Of a stretch of 64,000 nt of DNA, positions 19,505 to 30,416 are shown in pieces (positions within the stretch are counted from its first letter, which is position 1; every line of letters starts with the position of its first letter). The stretch covers positions 270,530 to 334,529 of the forward strand of contig CAYYSJ010000001.1 in assembly GCA_964474445.1 (NCBI GenBank), read 5' to 3'. The notes beneath the pieces are model-generated. The model had not been told where the DNA came from, ran no database searches, and worked only from the letters and a program-made list of their open reading frames with translations. The stretch comes from an uncultured Gammaproteobacteria bacterium (lineage in GTDB: Bacteria; Patescibacteriota; Microgenomatia; Levybacterales; UBA12049). Both the position numbers and the translations under genes were made by a program.

Positions 19505-20656
19505 TTAGTTTCGATGCCTCAAAAAGGCGGGAATATCCCAGAGGTCTTCGTTGTTTTCTTCATCTTGCGCCATAGCATTCCCATTTTGTGGAGGTTGTTG
19601 AGTAGGGGTATGTTGAACAGTCTGTACTGGTTGTTGTGGTTCTTCTTTTTTCTGTCCATATCCTCCAAGCGGCTCTGGGACAAATTGAGATAATTTTTGT
19701 TTTGTTTGATCAAATCCAGTTGCAATGAGAGTAATCTTGATAGCATCTTTCATACTTTCATCTATTGTTGTCCCAAAAATAATGTTTGCATCCGGATCTG
19801 CTGCTTCTGAAATAATCTTTGCTGCTTCATCAACTTCTGACATAGACATATCCTCTCCGCCGGTGATATTAAAGAGAACTCCCCTTGCTCCTTCCATAGA
19901 AATTTCAAGAAGCGGACTTGATACAGCTGCTCGTGCTGCTGTTTGTGCTCTGTTTTCTCCTGTCCCACTACCAATACCCATCAATGCACTTCCCGCATTC
20001 ATCATAATGGATCTTACATCTGCAAAGTCAACGTTAATAAGACCAGGGAGAGTAATAAGATCTGAAATGCCTTGGACACCCTGAGACAAGACAGAGTCAG
20101 CAACTCGGAATGCCTCAAGAAGACTTACTTTTCTGTCTACGACATCCAAAATTCGTTGATTTGGAATAACAATAAGCGTATCTACTTTATCTCTCAATTG
20201 ATCAATACCATCTTCCGCATTAACCATACGGCGTGTTCCTTCAAAAGCAAATGGCTTGGTAACAACAGCAATGGTAAGTGCTCCTAATTCTTTAGCAACT
20301 CTTGCGATAACTGGTGCTGCACCAGTACCAGTACCTCCTCCCATTCCCGCTGCCACAAAAACCATGTCTGACCCATGAAGCATATCTTTGATCTTTTCAA
20401 TAGATTCTTCTGCAGCTTGATGGCCAATTTCTGGATCTCCACCACTACCCAACCCTTTGGTAAGTTTTTCTCCGATTTGGATTTTAACAGGAGATGGATT
20501 CAGAAGAAGTGCTTGGGCATCAGTATTAACAGCAATAAAGTCAACTCCTTGAATTTGATTACTGGATATCATGGAAGCAAGAGCGTTTGTTCCACCGCCG
20601 CCGACGCCAACAACACGAATCTTTGCAAAATTAGAGGTTTGTGGCTTGATCAGCAT
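19505..20656 (-). CDS. ftsZ: cell division GTPase FtsZ
   Basis: Tubulin signature [10 protein letters not shown], conserved T7 loop, Gln/Pro-rich C-terminal linker. Confidence 0.97.
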   Translation of the reverse strand: MLIKPQTSNFAKIRVVGVGGGGTNALASMISSNQIQGVDFIAVNTDAQALLLNPSPVKIQIGEKLTKGLGSGGDPEIGHQAAEESIEKIKDMLHGSDMVFVAAGMGGGTGTGAAPVIARVAKELGALTIAVVTKPFAFEGTRRMVNAEDGIDQLRDKVDTLIVIPNQRILDVVDRKVSLLEAFRVADSVLSQGVQGISDLITLPGLINVDFADVRSIMMNAGSALMGIGSGTGENRAQTAARAAVSSPLLEISMEGARGVLFNITGGEDMSMSEVDEAAKIISEAADPDANIIFGTTIDESMKDAIKITLIATGFDQTKQKLSQFVPEPLGGYGQKKEEPQQPVQTVQHTPTQQPPQNGNAMAQDEENNEDLWDIPAFLRHRN

Positions 20657-20805
20657 GGTACTCCGATGCTAGCAGATACCTATAACAATTGCAATACCTA
20701 CATAGGTAGTGTTATCAGATAAGTCCAAACACTAATTAATCTGGGGATTTTAAAGGATTAGAAAACTCAAAAAATCAAAGAGTCTGAGGGGTTACTATTC
20801 TGATT

Positions 20806-22080
20806 TTAGGGGATAAATGATTTGAAGAATTCTAGGATTTTCTTTCCCAATTTTCCCGAGGGAAGACCAGGAAGTTTTGGCAATCCAATACTAAAGGATG
20901 TCGATGCAGGAGTCTCTTTTACCCCATACATCAAAAGTCCCACTGCTGTTGAGAATGCAGGATCCTGAACTTCATCAATAATTCCTTTGAGTCCAGAAGG
21001 CACACCAACTCTTACAGGCATAGCAAGAGTTCGTTTTGCTGATTCAACAATACCAACAGTGCGTGCTCCTCCACCGGTTACAACAACACCAGCTGGCGTC
21101 TGACCACCCCAACTCGATTTTTTTAGCTCAAGTCCAACCATGGTAAATATTTCATTGAGTCTCGGACGAATAATTCCCTCAACAAGTGTTTTCTGAGAAA
21201 CTTTCTTTAAATCTTCAGGTAAATTAAGTTGTGTCAGGTCTAACTCATCACTGGGTCGTCTTTCCTCATCTGAAACTGGTTTTCTTTTATGAGGGTCTGA
21301 TAAAAAGAGTTTGATTTTTTCTGCAGACTCTAAAGAAATGCGAAGGCCAATTGCCAAATCATTGGTGATATGTCGTGCACCAATCGGCAAAACACTGGAA
21401 TGAGCAACAGCTCCATCAACCCAGATGGAAATATCTGTTGTCCCAGCACCTATATCAACTAACACAACACCTAATTCTTTTTCTGTTTCGGATAGAACAG
21501 CCATTGAAGATGCATATCCAGAAAACACCACAGCTGAAGCATCAACGCCTACCTCCGTGAGCGCTTTTTCAAGATTGCGTAAAGAGGTCGTACCTGCTGA
21601 GATAAGATGTGTTTCAACTTCAAGCCTCACTCCTGTCATCCCCACAGGAGCTTTAATACCCTCCTGTCCATCCACAGTATAGCTTCGTGGGAGTATATGG
21701 ATAATTTCTCGAGAAGATGGGAAAGAAACAGCCTTTGCAGCATCAATAACACGCACTAAATCGTTTTCACTAATTTCTCCTTCTGGTTGAGAAACAGCAA
21801 CAACACCTCGTGAATTTTGAGACTCAATATGTGACCCACTAATTGATGCAACAACTTTACTTGCCGAATACCCGGCCATTCTTTCTGATGCTTCTAACGA
21901 TGCGTTAATTGCCCTTACTGCATCTTCAATGGCAACAATTTGTCCTTTTTTAATCCCTGAAGAGGCAGTTTCTGATACACCAAGAATATTTAATACATTC
22001 TCTTCGCTTACTTTTGCTATTAGGGTAACAATTTTTGCGGTACCAATATCAATTCCAACTAGTATTTTATTATCAGCCAT
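20806..22080 (-). CDS. ftsA: cell division protein FtsA (actin-like ATPase)
   Basis: VGIDIGTAKIV phosphate-1 motif, actin fold motifs, position directly upstream of ftsZ. Confidence 0.95.
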   Translation of the reverse strand: MADNKILVGIDIGTAKIVTLIAKVSEENVLNILGVSETASSGIKKGQIVAIEDAVRAINASLEASERMAGYSASKVVASISGSHIESQNSRGVVAVSQPEGEISENDLVRVIDAAKAVSFPSSREIIHILPRSYTVDGQEGIKAPVGMTGVRLEVETHLISAGTTSLRNLEKALTEVGVDASAVVFSGYASSMAVLSETEKELGVVLVDIGAGTTDISIWVDGAVAHSSVLPIGARHITNDLAIGLRISLESAEKIKLFLSDPHKRKPVSDEERRPSDELDLTQLNLPEDLKKVSQKTLVEGIIRPRLNEIFTMVGLELKKSSWGGQTPAGVVVTGGGARTVGIVESAKRTLAMPVRVGVPSGLKGIIDEVQDPAFSTAVGLLMYGVKETPASTSFSIGLPKLPGLPSGKLGKKILEFFKSFIP

Positions 22081-22083
22081 ATC

Positions 22084-22512
22084 TTAGAATGTTGCGAACG
22101 GTTTTTCAAAACGAAAATCCAGTTTTTTAAACTGCTTTCCTTCTATTGTAAGTTGAGACAAAGTTAGTTGTAAAGAGGTTAATTGTTTTTGTAAGTCTTT
22201 CTGGGACGAGAGGAGAATACTACTACCATTATCAAGCGTTATGGTAACACCGCCCTGGCTTTCTGAAATATTGCTACAGGGAATTTTATTTTCCTCGCAA
22301 AACGACTTTATAGTATATACGATACTATCCGTTGCCTTGTCGCCACTACTTCCGTAGCTTGCCAATGGACTGGTTACTCTCTCTCCTACAAGATATTTCC
22401 ATCCAAAAAGAAGCACACATAATAAAAGGGTACAGAGAAAAACACCGAATGAGATAAAGAGCCTTTGGAAGATTATACGATTTTTTCTTTTTTGGATACT
22501 GTCTTGGCGCAT
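22084..22512 (-). CDS. FtsQ/DivIB-like short membrane protein
   Basis: Single N-terminal TM, short periplasmic domain, sits between murG and ftsA as in dcw clusters. Confidence 0.45.
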   Translation of the reverse strand: MRQDSIQKRKNRIIFQRLFISFGVFLCTLLLCVLLFGWKYLVGERVTSPLASYGSSGDKATDSIVYTIKSFCEENKIPCSNISESQGGVTITLDNGSSILLSSQKDLQKQLTSLQLTLSQLTIEGKQFKKLDFRFEKPFATF

Positions 22513-23594
22513 AATTGTATTACTGCAGCTATTTTCTCTGCTGCCTTGAGGTGAAGCTGTGCTTTGTCCGAAAGTCGAGCAGGATCTGTTGCCTTCATCC
22601 CCATCATAGCAGTAATTGCCTTTACAAAGCTACTTGGTGTCGCTGTTGATTGGTGCAAAATCATGCCAAGTCCTTCTTTTTCCAAAAGAAGCGCATTCTC
22701 AAGTTGTTCATTTTTTTGTCCAAATGTAAGGGGTATTAAGAGGCTTTTTTTCCCAAGTACTAAAAGCATGGTAATAGTATTAATACCTGACCGGGTCACG
22801 ACTCCATCTGCTTTGTCAAATATTCCCCATACTTCATCTGGAGGAATAAATTTGGCAACTTCGTAACGCTCCTGTAAATCTTTGGGCAATTGTTCTCTTG
22901 CATTTTGTAATGTAGCAAAGTCGCCAAAAAATGATGCATTTCCTGTTTGATGGAAAACTCGAAAATGAGCCAACAATTCTGGAAGGGATTGTCTTACTAA
23001 TTCATTGATAGCGTGAGAACCTGCACTACCACCAACAATTGCAAGAAGTGGTAATCTTCCAGTAGGCAATTTTACTGTTACTTTTTTGCTAAGTGGTAGG
23101 AGAGGATTGCCTGTCAAAAGAGATTTTTCTTTTGGAAAAAAGGCGAGAGACTGTTCCCAACTGACACAAATTTTTGTTGCAAAATGGGAGAGTATTTTGT
23201 TCGCCATTCCAGTTTTTAATATTTGCTCATGAATGACTAATGGTATCCCTACCAGTTTTGCTGCAAGGCCAACAGGAAATGAAATATACCCACCAAACCC
23301 TACAACAACGTCTGGTTTTTCTTTTTGTAAAATTCCCACTGCTTCCCATAGCCCTCGTGGTATTTTGAAAAGAGATTGCAGGGTATGGGGTGTGATAACA
23401 CGCTGAAGCCTTCCAGTAGTAAGAGAAATAAATGGTATTCCCATTTGACGTATTGTTTGATACTCAAGAGAATCACCTTTATCACCTTCAAAAGAATGTC
23501 TCCTTCCAACATAGACAACCTGGACATCTTTTGGCAATGCAGCAATAACTGCAAGTGCCGGTCCCATATGTCCTCCAGTAATAAGTACTTTCAT
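22473..23594 (-). CDS. murG: UDP-GlcNAc:lipid I GlcNAc transferase MurG
   Basis: MKVLITGGHMGPALAV N-terminal motif, GT28 fold. Start moved to internal ATG (23594) to remove overlap with ftsW. Confidence 0.9.
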   Translation of the reverse strand: MKVLITGGHMGPALAVIAALPKDVQVVYVGRRHSFEGDKGDSLEYQTIRQMGIPFISLTTGRLQRVITPHTLQSLFKIPRGLWEAVGILQKEKPDVVVGFGGYISFPVGLAAKLVGIPLVIHEQILKTGMANKILSHFATKICVSWEQSLAFFPKEKSLLTGNPLLPLSKKVTVKLPTGRLPLLAIVGGSAGSHAINELVRQSLPELLAHFRVFHQTGNASFFGDFATLQNAREQLPKDLQERYEVAKFIPPDEVWGIFDKADGVVTRSGINTITMLLVLGKKSLLIPLTFGQKNEQLENALLLEKEGLGMILHQSTATPSSFVKAITAMMGMKATDPARLSDKAQLHLKAAEKIAAVIQLCAKTVSKKEKIV

Positions 23595-23653
23595 AAAAAA
23601 AGTATAAAGGTTTTCGTGTGAAGTATAAAGGAGATAACATCTCCCGATATCAC

Positions 23654-24727
23654 CTATGTATGGCTTTGTCTTGCGATATTTAACAGTATCCCAACAGAGC
23701 ACAAATCAATAACGAGTGACGATCCTCCGTATGAAATAAACGGCAAAGGAACACCAGTTAAAGGAAGAACAGCCGTCTGTGCACCTAAATTAATAAGCAT
23801 CTGACTTCCTAAAAAAGCGGTTAATCCACCAGCAAGGAGTTTTCCAAAGGTGTCGTGAGACCTGATAGCAATATACATACCTCGCCAGATAACGGCAATA
23901 AGAAGCAGAATAAGAATAATACTACCAAAAAATCCTAACTCTTCGGCAATAATGGCAAAGATAGAATCAGTAGTATTCTCGGGTAAATATGCATATTTCT
24001 GTAAAGAATTCCCAATTCCTACCCCAAACATGCCTCCTGAGCCAAGCGCAATAAGAATCTGACGGACATGGTAGGATGTATTATTCACATCCTGAGATGC
24101 ATTAAAAAATGTTGTTAGGCGCTGTGCCCGATACGGCGCGAGCTTAATCAGGATAACTGCCAACACACCAACAACTGGAATACTCAGGATAAAATGCATA
24201 AGATTTCCTCCCGAAAGAAAATACAGAATCAATGCTTCACACATGATAATAATTGTTGTTCCCATATCTGGTTCAAGCATCACAAGACCTAAAACAAGGC
24301 CAATTAATAGTGCGAATGCCAGAAACCTTCCTTTTTCCTTTCTGCTAAACCACGCTGCAAGATAGATAGCTAGAGACAACTTTACAAATTCTGCAGGCTG
24401 TAAAACAAAAAGCCGCAAATTTATCCACCGATGCGCACCGAGTACTTTTACGCCAATTCCTGGAATAAAGACAGCAAGTAGAAGTCCAATCGCAGCAATA
24501 AGAAGTGGCATTGCCAAGTTATAAAATTTTTTATAATCAAACCAGGCAAAAAATCCCATTCCGATAAACCCAATAACCATCCAAATTGCCTGATCCTTAA
24601 TATAGTGGTACTTATTGCCAAAATCCCTGAATGAGATATAACTTGATGCGTCAAAAATAACAAACAGACCAAAAAGGGAAAGTAAAACAACCAGCCCGAG
24701 AAGGACAATATCAAGCCGTTTCATCAC
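23654..24727 (-). CDS. ftsW: SEDS-family peptidoglycan glycosyltransferase FtsW
   Basis: 10-TM SEDS architecture with conserved large extracytoplasmic loop. dcw position. Confidence 0.9.
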   Translation of the reverse strand: MMKRLDIVLLGLVVLLSLFGLFVIFDASSYISFRDFGNKYHYIKDQAIWMVIGFIGMGFFAWFDYKKFYNLAMPLLIAAIGLLLAVFIPGIGVKVLGAHRWINLRLFVLQPAEFVKLSLAIYLAAWFSRKEKGRFLAFALLIGLVLGLVMLEPDMGTTIIIMCEALILYFLSGGNLMHFILSIPVVGVLAVILIKLAPYRAQRLTTFFNASQDVNNTSYHVRQILIALGSGGMFGVGIGNSLQKYAYLPENTTDSIFAIIAEELGFFGSIILILLLIAVIWRGMYIAIRSHDTFGKLLAGGLTAFLGSQMLINLGAQTAVLPLTGVPLPFISYGGSSLVIDLCSVGILLNIARQSHT

Positions 24728-24802
24728 TTTAATAATAGTCTATTTTCAAGCTGAAAGGAATACAACAGAGAGAGAAGCTTGACTGAAGAAGTGCCCAATA
24801 TC

Positions 24803-25819
24803 CTAGTGAACAAATGCCATGTAAAGACCAATGACAGCAAAAATAAATCCTAAAAGCCATGCCCGCATAACAATTTTTGGTTCTTCCCATCCTCTTTTCA
24901 AAAAATACAAATGAAGTGGCGCAACAGGGAAAATTTTTCTTCCTAAAAATCTTTTTGCCAAAATCTGCAAAAGTGATGACCCAATCTCGAGAACAAATAC
25001 TCCTCCAATAATTGCAAGCGCAATAATTTTTCCTGTTAATAGACCAATAATTGCTAAGGTTGCACCAAGGGCAAGTGATCCAACGTCACCCAGCCAAAGA
25101 CGCGCTTTATAGATATTAAAGTACAAGAATGCGCCGACTGTTCCCATCAGAATAGCAATAAAAATACCAAGAGAAATATCAAGTTGAGCAGCAGAGATAG
25201 ACAAGAAAGCAAGAAGTGCTATCAGGAAAAGACCCGAGGCTAGTCCATCAAGTCCGTCTGTGATATTAAACGCATTGGTAAAAGAAACAATCACAAAAGC
25301 TGCAAATGGAATAAACAAGAATCCAAGACTTGCCAGTCCAATCCCTCGAATAAAAATAAAGTTATACCCAAGCTTATTATAGAGAAGTATTGCCAAAATA
25401 AAAGCCAACGCCCATTGAATTAAAAATTTATGTCTGAATCTGAGTCCAAAAAATGTTGCTTTGCCACTTTCCTTATGAACCAGTTTTTTAAAGTCATCAT
25501 ACAGTCCTAATAATCCAAATCCAACAAATCCACCAAGAAGAATTGTTAATTCCCAAGGGTTAATATTGACATTTAAAATGCCATATGCCCAAAGAGTAAG
25601 GATAGAAACAACCGTAATGATTAATGCTCCTCCACCAAAGGGAGTACCGACTTTCCATTCGTTAAGCTTATCAAATACTACCGTTCGTTTATTAAATAAA
25701 TCCTTTGTTATCTGTTTTTGTCTTTGCAGTTTTATCTTATATAAGAAGTCAATAAATGGCACCAGGAGTATTGCAGTAATAAAAAAAGACAGAATAGTAA
25801 GCCCCAAAAGCTGTGACAT
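24803..25819 (-). CDS. mraY: phospho-N-acetylmuramoyl-pentapeptide transferase MraY
   Basis: NAFNITDGLDGLASG and other MraY signature loops. Confidence 0.95.
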   Translation of the reverse strand: MSQLLGLTILSFFITAILLVPFIDFLYKIKLQRQKQITKDLFNKRTVVFDKLNEWKVGTPFGGGALIITVVSILTLWAYGILNVNINPWELTILLGGFVGFGLLGLYDDFKKLVHKESGKATFFGLRFRHKFLIQWALAFILAILLYNKLGYNFIFIRGIGLASLGFLFIPFAAFVIVSFTNAFNITDGLDGLASGLFLIALLAFLSISAAQLDISLGIFIAILMGTVGAFLYFNIYKARLWLGDVGSLALGATLAIIGLLTGKIIALAIIGGVFVLEIGSSLLQILAKRFLGRKIFPVAPLHLYFLKRGWEEPKIVMRAWLLGFIFAVIGLYMAFVH

Positions 25820-25858
25820 ATTGGTTATTATACTCCAAGTTACGAAGCAAGTGCAAAC

Positions 25859-26875
25859 TCAGTACCCTTTTCTCAAGCGACTCAGAGTCTCAACAAGATA
25901 TGTTTTTAGATACCAAGGAGAGAGCGGCAAGTCTTGTGCGTGTAAAAATTCCCGCTTTTCTCCTCCAAATCCTGTTTTAAAAAGCGTTAATCCTGCCCAT
26001 GGGTGTTTTTTTGACTCATTTGATGCAATCCCCCAAAAATTGTACAGTTTTTTTCCTCTTTTTTTTGTTTCTTTGATCGCTTCCCATTGCAACAGATATG
26101 AGACAGACAAATGCCTGTAGGCATCATCACTAGCTCCATGGTGGTAAATTGCCATATTGCCGGCAAATGTAATAAGTGCGCCTCCAATGATTTTGCCTTC
26201 ATATTCAGCTAAGAAAAGCACTGCTTCTTTATCTCCCCCCAACCGTTCTAGCTCCTCCACCAGTCCCTTATGGGCAATAAATCCTCGTTGATGTGCAAGA
26301 CTATTATAGATTTCCAAAAAAGCAACAACATCCTTGTTTACTCGTTCTGTAGTAAAAATACGAATATGTTCCTTCTGAGATTTTTTGATAAGGTATCGAT
26401 GCGACTTTCTCATACCAGAAAGAATATCTTCTTCACGTTGTGTAATATCTAATACCCAACACACTTCCGCATCCATATTATGGATTGGCGAATTACGAAA
26501 TCCAAAGCTTTGCAACAATTTTTCTTCTTGCCCGTGTTTCTCAACAAGTGGACTCATTCGAATGAAATCATATCTTCCATCAGCAAGATCTTTTAGATAT
26601 GCAAGCAGCTTTTCTACATATGCTTTTTTATATTCAGCAAAAATTGGTCCATGTCTCAGATGTAAATAGTTACCTCGCTTTGCTTTTACAGAGACAACTT
26701 GCGCAATACCCACTAATGTTTCATTGTCATAGATACCTAAGCGATGTATACGAAACCCTAATGTTTGCTGCACTTCTCCCCAATTCCACGTTTGGAAAAA
26801 GGGGAAAAAGCCTTTGTAATGCTGAAGAAATGTATTCCAAATCGTTTTGCTCGTAACTTCTTTAATTTTTACCAT
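25859..26875 (-). CDS. FemAB-family aminoacyltransferase (lipid II peptide branch addition)
   Basis: YHHGASDDAYRHLSVSYLLQWEAIKETKKRG and FKTGFGGE match conserved FemABX blocks. Confidence 0.8.
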   Translation of the reverse strand: MVKIKEVTSKTIWNTFLQHYKGFFPFFQTWNWGEVQQTLGFRIHRLGIYDNETLVGIAQVVSVKAKRGNYLHLRHGPIFAEYKKAYVEKLLAYLKDLADGRYDFIRMSPLVEKHGQEEKLLQSFGFRNSPIHNMDAEVCWVLDITQREEDILSGMRKSHRYLIKKSQKEHIRIFTTERVNKDVVAFLEIYNSLAHQRGFIAHKGLVEELERLGGDKEAVLFLAEYEGKIIGGALITFAGNMAIYHHGASDDAYRHLSVSYLLQWEAIKETKKRGKKLYNFWGIASNESKKHPWAGLTLFKTGFGGEKREFLHAQDLPLSPWYLKTYLVETLSRLRKGY

Positions 26876-28082
26876 ATGCTTTTACTATCTTAACAACTTT
26901 TTCTCTCTCTTTTCTAGAGAGCGTTGGATATGTCGGAAGATTGATAATATGTGCTGCGAGATACTCTGCCTTTGGACAATCCTTTTTGTAACCCACTTTT
27001 GATAGATTTGTTTCATGAGGATCGATAACATGAGCATACCAATCTCCTAAAAGGATTCCTGCATGTTTTGCAAGTTTTTTCAGGTGGGTAGGATGTCTTA
27101 CTAAGAGTGGGTAACGAAGCAACGGAATGCCTGGAAAATGCTTTCCTCCCACTTCGGATAGTTCTTGTGCATAAAATCCTGCTGTTTCTTCCCGATATGT
27201 ATTAAATCTATCCAGCCTTTTCAATTGAAGAAGCGCTAAATAAGCAAGTTGGGGAGGCAATTTTTTTGTAAAATTTGAAAAATGTCGTAGCTCGTTTTTT
27301 GTAACCGGTTTAGCAAGAAGATGAAGTTTTTGACATAACAGAAGAACTATTTTTCCAAGAAGTATGTTGTATAAAGGTAAAATGAGAAAGAAGAAGACTA
27401 CACTATGGAATAACTGCTGAAATATCCAGAAAGAGGATGGGTATTGTTGTTGGATATAGTATGCAGAAAGACGCTGTCCAATTTCCTTACTACTCGTTAT
27501 CACGACACCACCAGATACAGAGGAAAATGCCTTATCCCGTCCAAAACTAAAAACTGCTGCATCACCTATTGTTCCAAGCTTTCTTCCTTTGTACGTACTG
27601 CCAATCGCATGCGCAACATCTTCAATGACAAATAATTGCTTTTCCTTAAGAAATTTTTCTAACTCTGGTGTATAGGCAGGAATACCAAACGTATGTTGCA
27701 GAAGAATGGCTTTTGTTTTCTTTGTTACCTTTTTTTTCAAGTCGTCAACGTCAAGAGCAAAAGCATGGGTGATATCAACATAAACAGGTGTTGCACCAGT
27801 TGCTATGATGGCATGAGAAACAGCAACACAGGTAAATGCTTGCAGTATAACTTCATCTCCTTTTCCAATTCCCTGAATTTGTAAAAGTGTGGTTATTCCT
27901 CCTCGAGCAGAAACAAATGGGAACGCATACGGCACAGAGAAAAAATTGCAAAACCACTCAGTAAGTTTTTCATCTTCTTTTTCCTGAGAAACTTTTTTTG
28001 AAGAGAGGAGAAGCTGTAATGCAGCAATAGCATCTATTTTCTCCAAATTGGGCGCAAGCCCGAGTGCAATTGGTCTATTCAT
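26862..28082 (-). CDS. DegT/DnrJ/EryC1/StrS-family PLP-dependent sugar aminotransferase
   Basis: GDEVILQAFTCVAVSHAI, and SFGRDK containing the PLP-binding Lys. Confidence 0.85.
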   Translation of the reverse strand: MNRPIALGLAPNLEKIDAIAALQLLLSSKKVSQEKEDEKLTEWFCNFFSVPYAFPFVSARGGITTLLQIQGIGKGDEVILQAFTCVAVSHAIIATGATPVYVDITHAFALDVDDLKKKVTKKTKAILLQHTFGIPAYTPELEKFLKEKQLFVIEDVAHAIGSTYKGRKLGTIGDAAVFSFGRDKAFSSVSGGVVITSSKEIGQRLSAYYIQQQYPSSFWIFQQLFHSVVFFFLILPLYNILLGKIVLLLCQKLHLLAKPVTKNELRHFSNFTKKLPPQLAYLALLQLKRLDRFNTYREETAGFYAQELSEVGGKHFPGIPLLRYPLLVRHPTHLKKLAKHAGILLGDWYAHVIDPHETNLSKVGYKKDCPKAEYLAAHIINLPTYPTLSRKEREKVVKIVKAYGKN

Positions 28083-29670
28083 ATACTTTTTTTAAAACAA
28101 CACCTGCTTCCTTTCCTTCAAAAACAATACAATCTCCTTTTTGGGGGAATCTCTTCAGTATATCTGTCAATTCTTCATATGTACCATAAATCAGTACCGC
28201 TTTTCCGTCTTTTGAACGAATACCTGTTTCAATATCTTTATAATAATTTTTATTTGTGACTAACAAATAATCAACATCTGCTAATACTTGTCCAATTTCT
28301 CTATGTCGCTTCGCTGCATGTTTTCCTAATTCAATGAGTGGAGTTAATATGAAAAATTTCTTAGTGGAAAAAAGATTCAGATAATTTGCTGCTGATATGA
28401 CAGATTCCGGGCTTGCATTAAATGTGTCATCCACTCCAATAACTCCACGAGGAAGATCAACTTTTTGTAATGTATGCGGGAGAGGATGAATGATGTTTAC
28501 CCCTTTTTGAATTTCCTTATCATTAAGACCAAAGTGTATCCCTAGATAAATTGCTGGAAGAATATTTTCTAAAACATGTTGGCCAATAAGATTTGTTTTC
28601 AAATGCATTGTTTGTTGTGCAAATGAGACACTGAAGAGAATACTGTCTGTTTTTAATGTAACATCATATGCAACTATGAAATTTTTTCTTGATAGCATGG
28701 GAGCATCTGCTACTTTAGTAAAGATCTTTTTTTGTTTTGTTTTTGTAGAAAGAAACGTAGTATTTTTATTGTTTGCATTAAAAATAGCAATACCATTTTT
28801 CGCCAATGCGTGAATCAACTCACTTTCTGAGGCAATGACATTTTCAAAATTTCCGTATAACGATAAATGTTGATCACTTACAGATGTTGTTACACTAATG
28901 TGAGGTTTTACCATTGTACATAATTGCGCGATCTCTCCTATTTTATATGCACCCATTTCTACAACAAAAAATTGCGTTGTTTCATCTATCTGTTTTAAGA
29001 TTGTTTTCGCAATACCAATAGGAGTGTTATTGGAAAGTGGCGTTTTTACGACTGAAAACTTCTGAGACAGTATTGTTGCAATTGCCTCTTTTGTAGAGCT
29101 TTTGCCATAACTGCCACTTACAGCAATGACTGTTAATTGTTTGCACTGTTTTATTTTTTTCTGGGCTTTTTGCATAAGATAATCCGTATAAATCTCCGAA
29201 GGGAATGACAACAAAAATACCCAAACGCTAACGACAAATGGAGTAATTCCTAACAAAATAAGTGTCCATAAGTACTTGTCTGTAAGCGGAAAGAAAAAAA
29301 GCACAGAAGTACTAACAAGACTTAATAAAATAATAAGGGCTGTCTTATAGGTAAAAATAGGACGTTTCAGTTTCCTATCAAGAATCTGTTTTCCAAAATC
29401 AAAAACAGAGAAAAGAAAAAATCCCAACACAAATACCTGAAAAAATGGAGCGAACCAATCAAAAAGGATAACGAATATATAAGATAGTATGATAAGGGTT
29501 CCACCAATTGTTGAAGAGGATGCAAAAAGTTTTTTCCCTTGATTTGTTTCACGTAAATGAACAAGTAACCTGTCCAATCGATATTCTTTATTTTGCCAAA
29601 GACCTGTCCAAAACAATATTTTTCTTAACGAAGCAAAGAGTAATACAACAAAAAGAAAAAGTAATAACAT
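28075..29670 (-). CDS. Mur ligase family protein, MurF-like, with N-terminal about 150-aa 4-TM anchor
   Basis: P-loop VIAVSGSYGKSSTKEAIATIL and MurF-like LSNNTPIGIAKTIL motif, preceded by four hydrophobic helices. Confidence 0.7.
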   Translation of the reverse strand: MLLLFLFVVLLFASLRKILFWTGLWQNKEYRLDRLLVHLRETNQGKKLFASSSTIGGTLIILSYIFVILFDWFAPFFQVFVLGFFLFSVFDFGKQILDRKLKRPIFTYKTALIILLSLVSTSVLFFFPLTDKYLWTLILLGITPFVVSVWVFLLSFPSEIYTDYLMQKAQKKIKQCKQLTVIAVSGSYGKSSTKEAIATILSQKFSVVKTPLSNNTPIGIAKTILKQIDETTQFFVVEMGAYKIGEIAQLCTMVKPHISVTTSVSDQHLSLYGNFENVIASESELIHALAKNGIAIFNANNKNTTFLSTKTKQKKIFTKVADAPMLSRKNFIVAYDVTLKTDSILFSVSFAQQTMHLKTNLIGQHVLENILPAIYLGIHFGLNDKEIQKGVNIIHPLPHTLQKVDLPRGVIGVDDTFNASPESVISAANYLNLFSTKKFFILTPLIELGKHAAKRHREIGQVLADVDYLLVTNKNYYKDIETGIRSKDGKAVLIYGTYEELTDILKRFPQKGDCIVFEGKEAGVVLKKVYE

Positions 29671-29673
29671 AAT

Positions 29674-30381
29674 TTACTGTAAAAAATCCAATACATACTT
29701 TGCAAATACCGTTGGATTCTCATACGGCAATTTGTGTGAAGATGCAGGGATAGATGCAACAAGTGCATGCGGTATAAGCGTTGCAATACGTTGACCAACG
29801 GAAAACGGAACAAATGTATCTTTTTCACCCCAGATAATATAGGTTGGGACTGGTATATGAGGTAGTATATCTTTTAAATCTTCATGAATAATATGTTTAA
29901 ATGTTGCTTTTAGTTTTCCTGCTTTATAATAGTCCCACTCTCCCAAAACCTTATAAACTGATTTTGTCATGAATTGCTGAAAAGGAGCAGGCATACCTTC
30001 TATCACCTTTTTAACAGGTTTTACAAATACAGTAACAAGGCGTTTTTTCAAAGAAAGAGATTGCTTAATAAGAGGGGCACCGGTAAGAACAAGTTTCTCA
30101 ACAGAAGTTGGGTATTGGGCTGTAAATTTTGCAGCAACCCTTCCCCCAAAAGAATGCCCAATAAGAATTGCCTTTTGTATGTTCTTCTCTTTAAGATAAT
30201 TCTTTATAAAGAGCACATAATCATTAAGCACCATGGTTTTTTGTAATGGTTCACTGCCAAATCCCGGCATGTCTGGAGCAAAGACCGTATACCCTTGCTT
30301 TTCAAAGAGTGACTGGATTACTTGATAATCTTTGCCTGACTTTCCCCATCCATGTAAAATAACAATCACTTTTTTCATCAC
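29674..30381 (-). CDS. alpha/beta-fold hydrolase (esterase/lipase-like)
   Basis: GHSFGG nucleophile elbow. Asp/His later in sequence. Confidence 0.75.
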   Translation of the reverse strand: MMKKVIVILHGWGKSGKDYQVIQSLFEKQGYTVFAPDMPGFGSEPLQKTMVLNDYVLFIKNYLKEKNIQKAILIGHSFGGRVAAKFTAQYPTSVEKLVLTGAPLIKQSLSLKKRLVTVFVKPVKKVIEGMPAPFQQFMTKSVYKVLGEWDYYKAGKLKATFKHIIHEDLKDILPHIPVPTYIIWGEKDTFVPFSVGQRIATLIPHALVASIPASSHKLPYENPTVFAKYVLDFLQ

Positions 30382-30416
30382 TATGAAAGATCCTCAAATA
30401 ATTAATAAAACACGTA

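Noticed and set aside
19175-19508. Plus-strand ORFs 19175-19420 and 19308-19508 downstream of ftsZ
   Set aside because: Low-complexity translations. The region is more likely ftsZ 3'UTR or a minus-strand small ORF.
19725-22866. Various plus-strand ORFs inside ftsZ, ftsA, ftsQ and murG
   Set aside because: Antisense to confidently assigned dcw genes.
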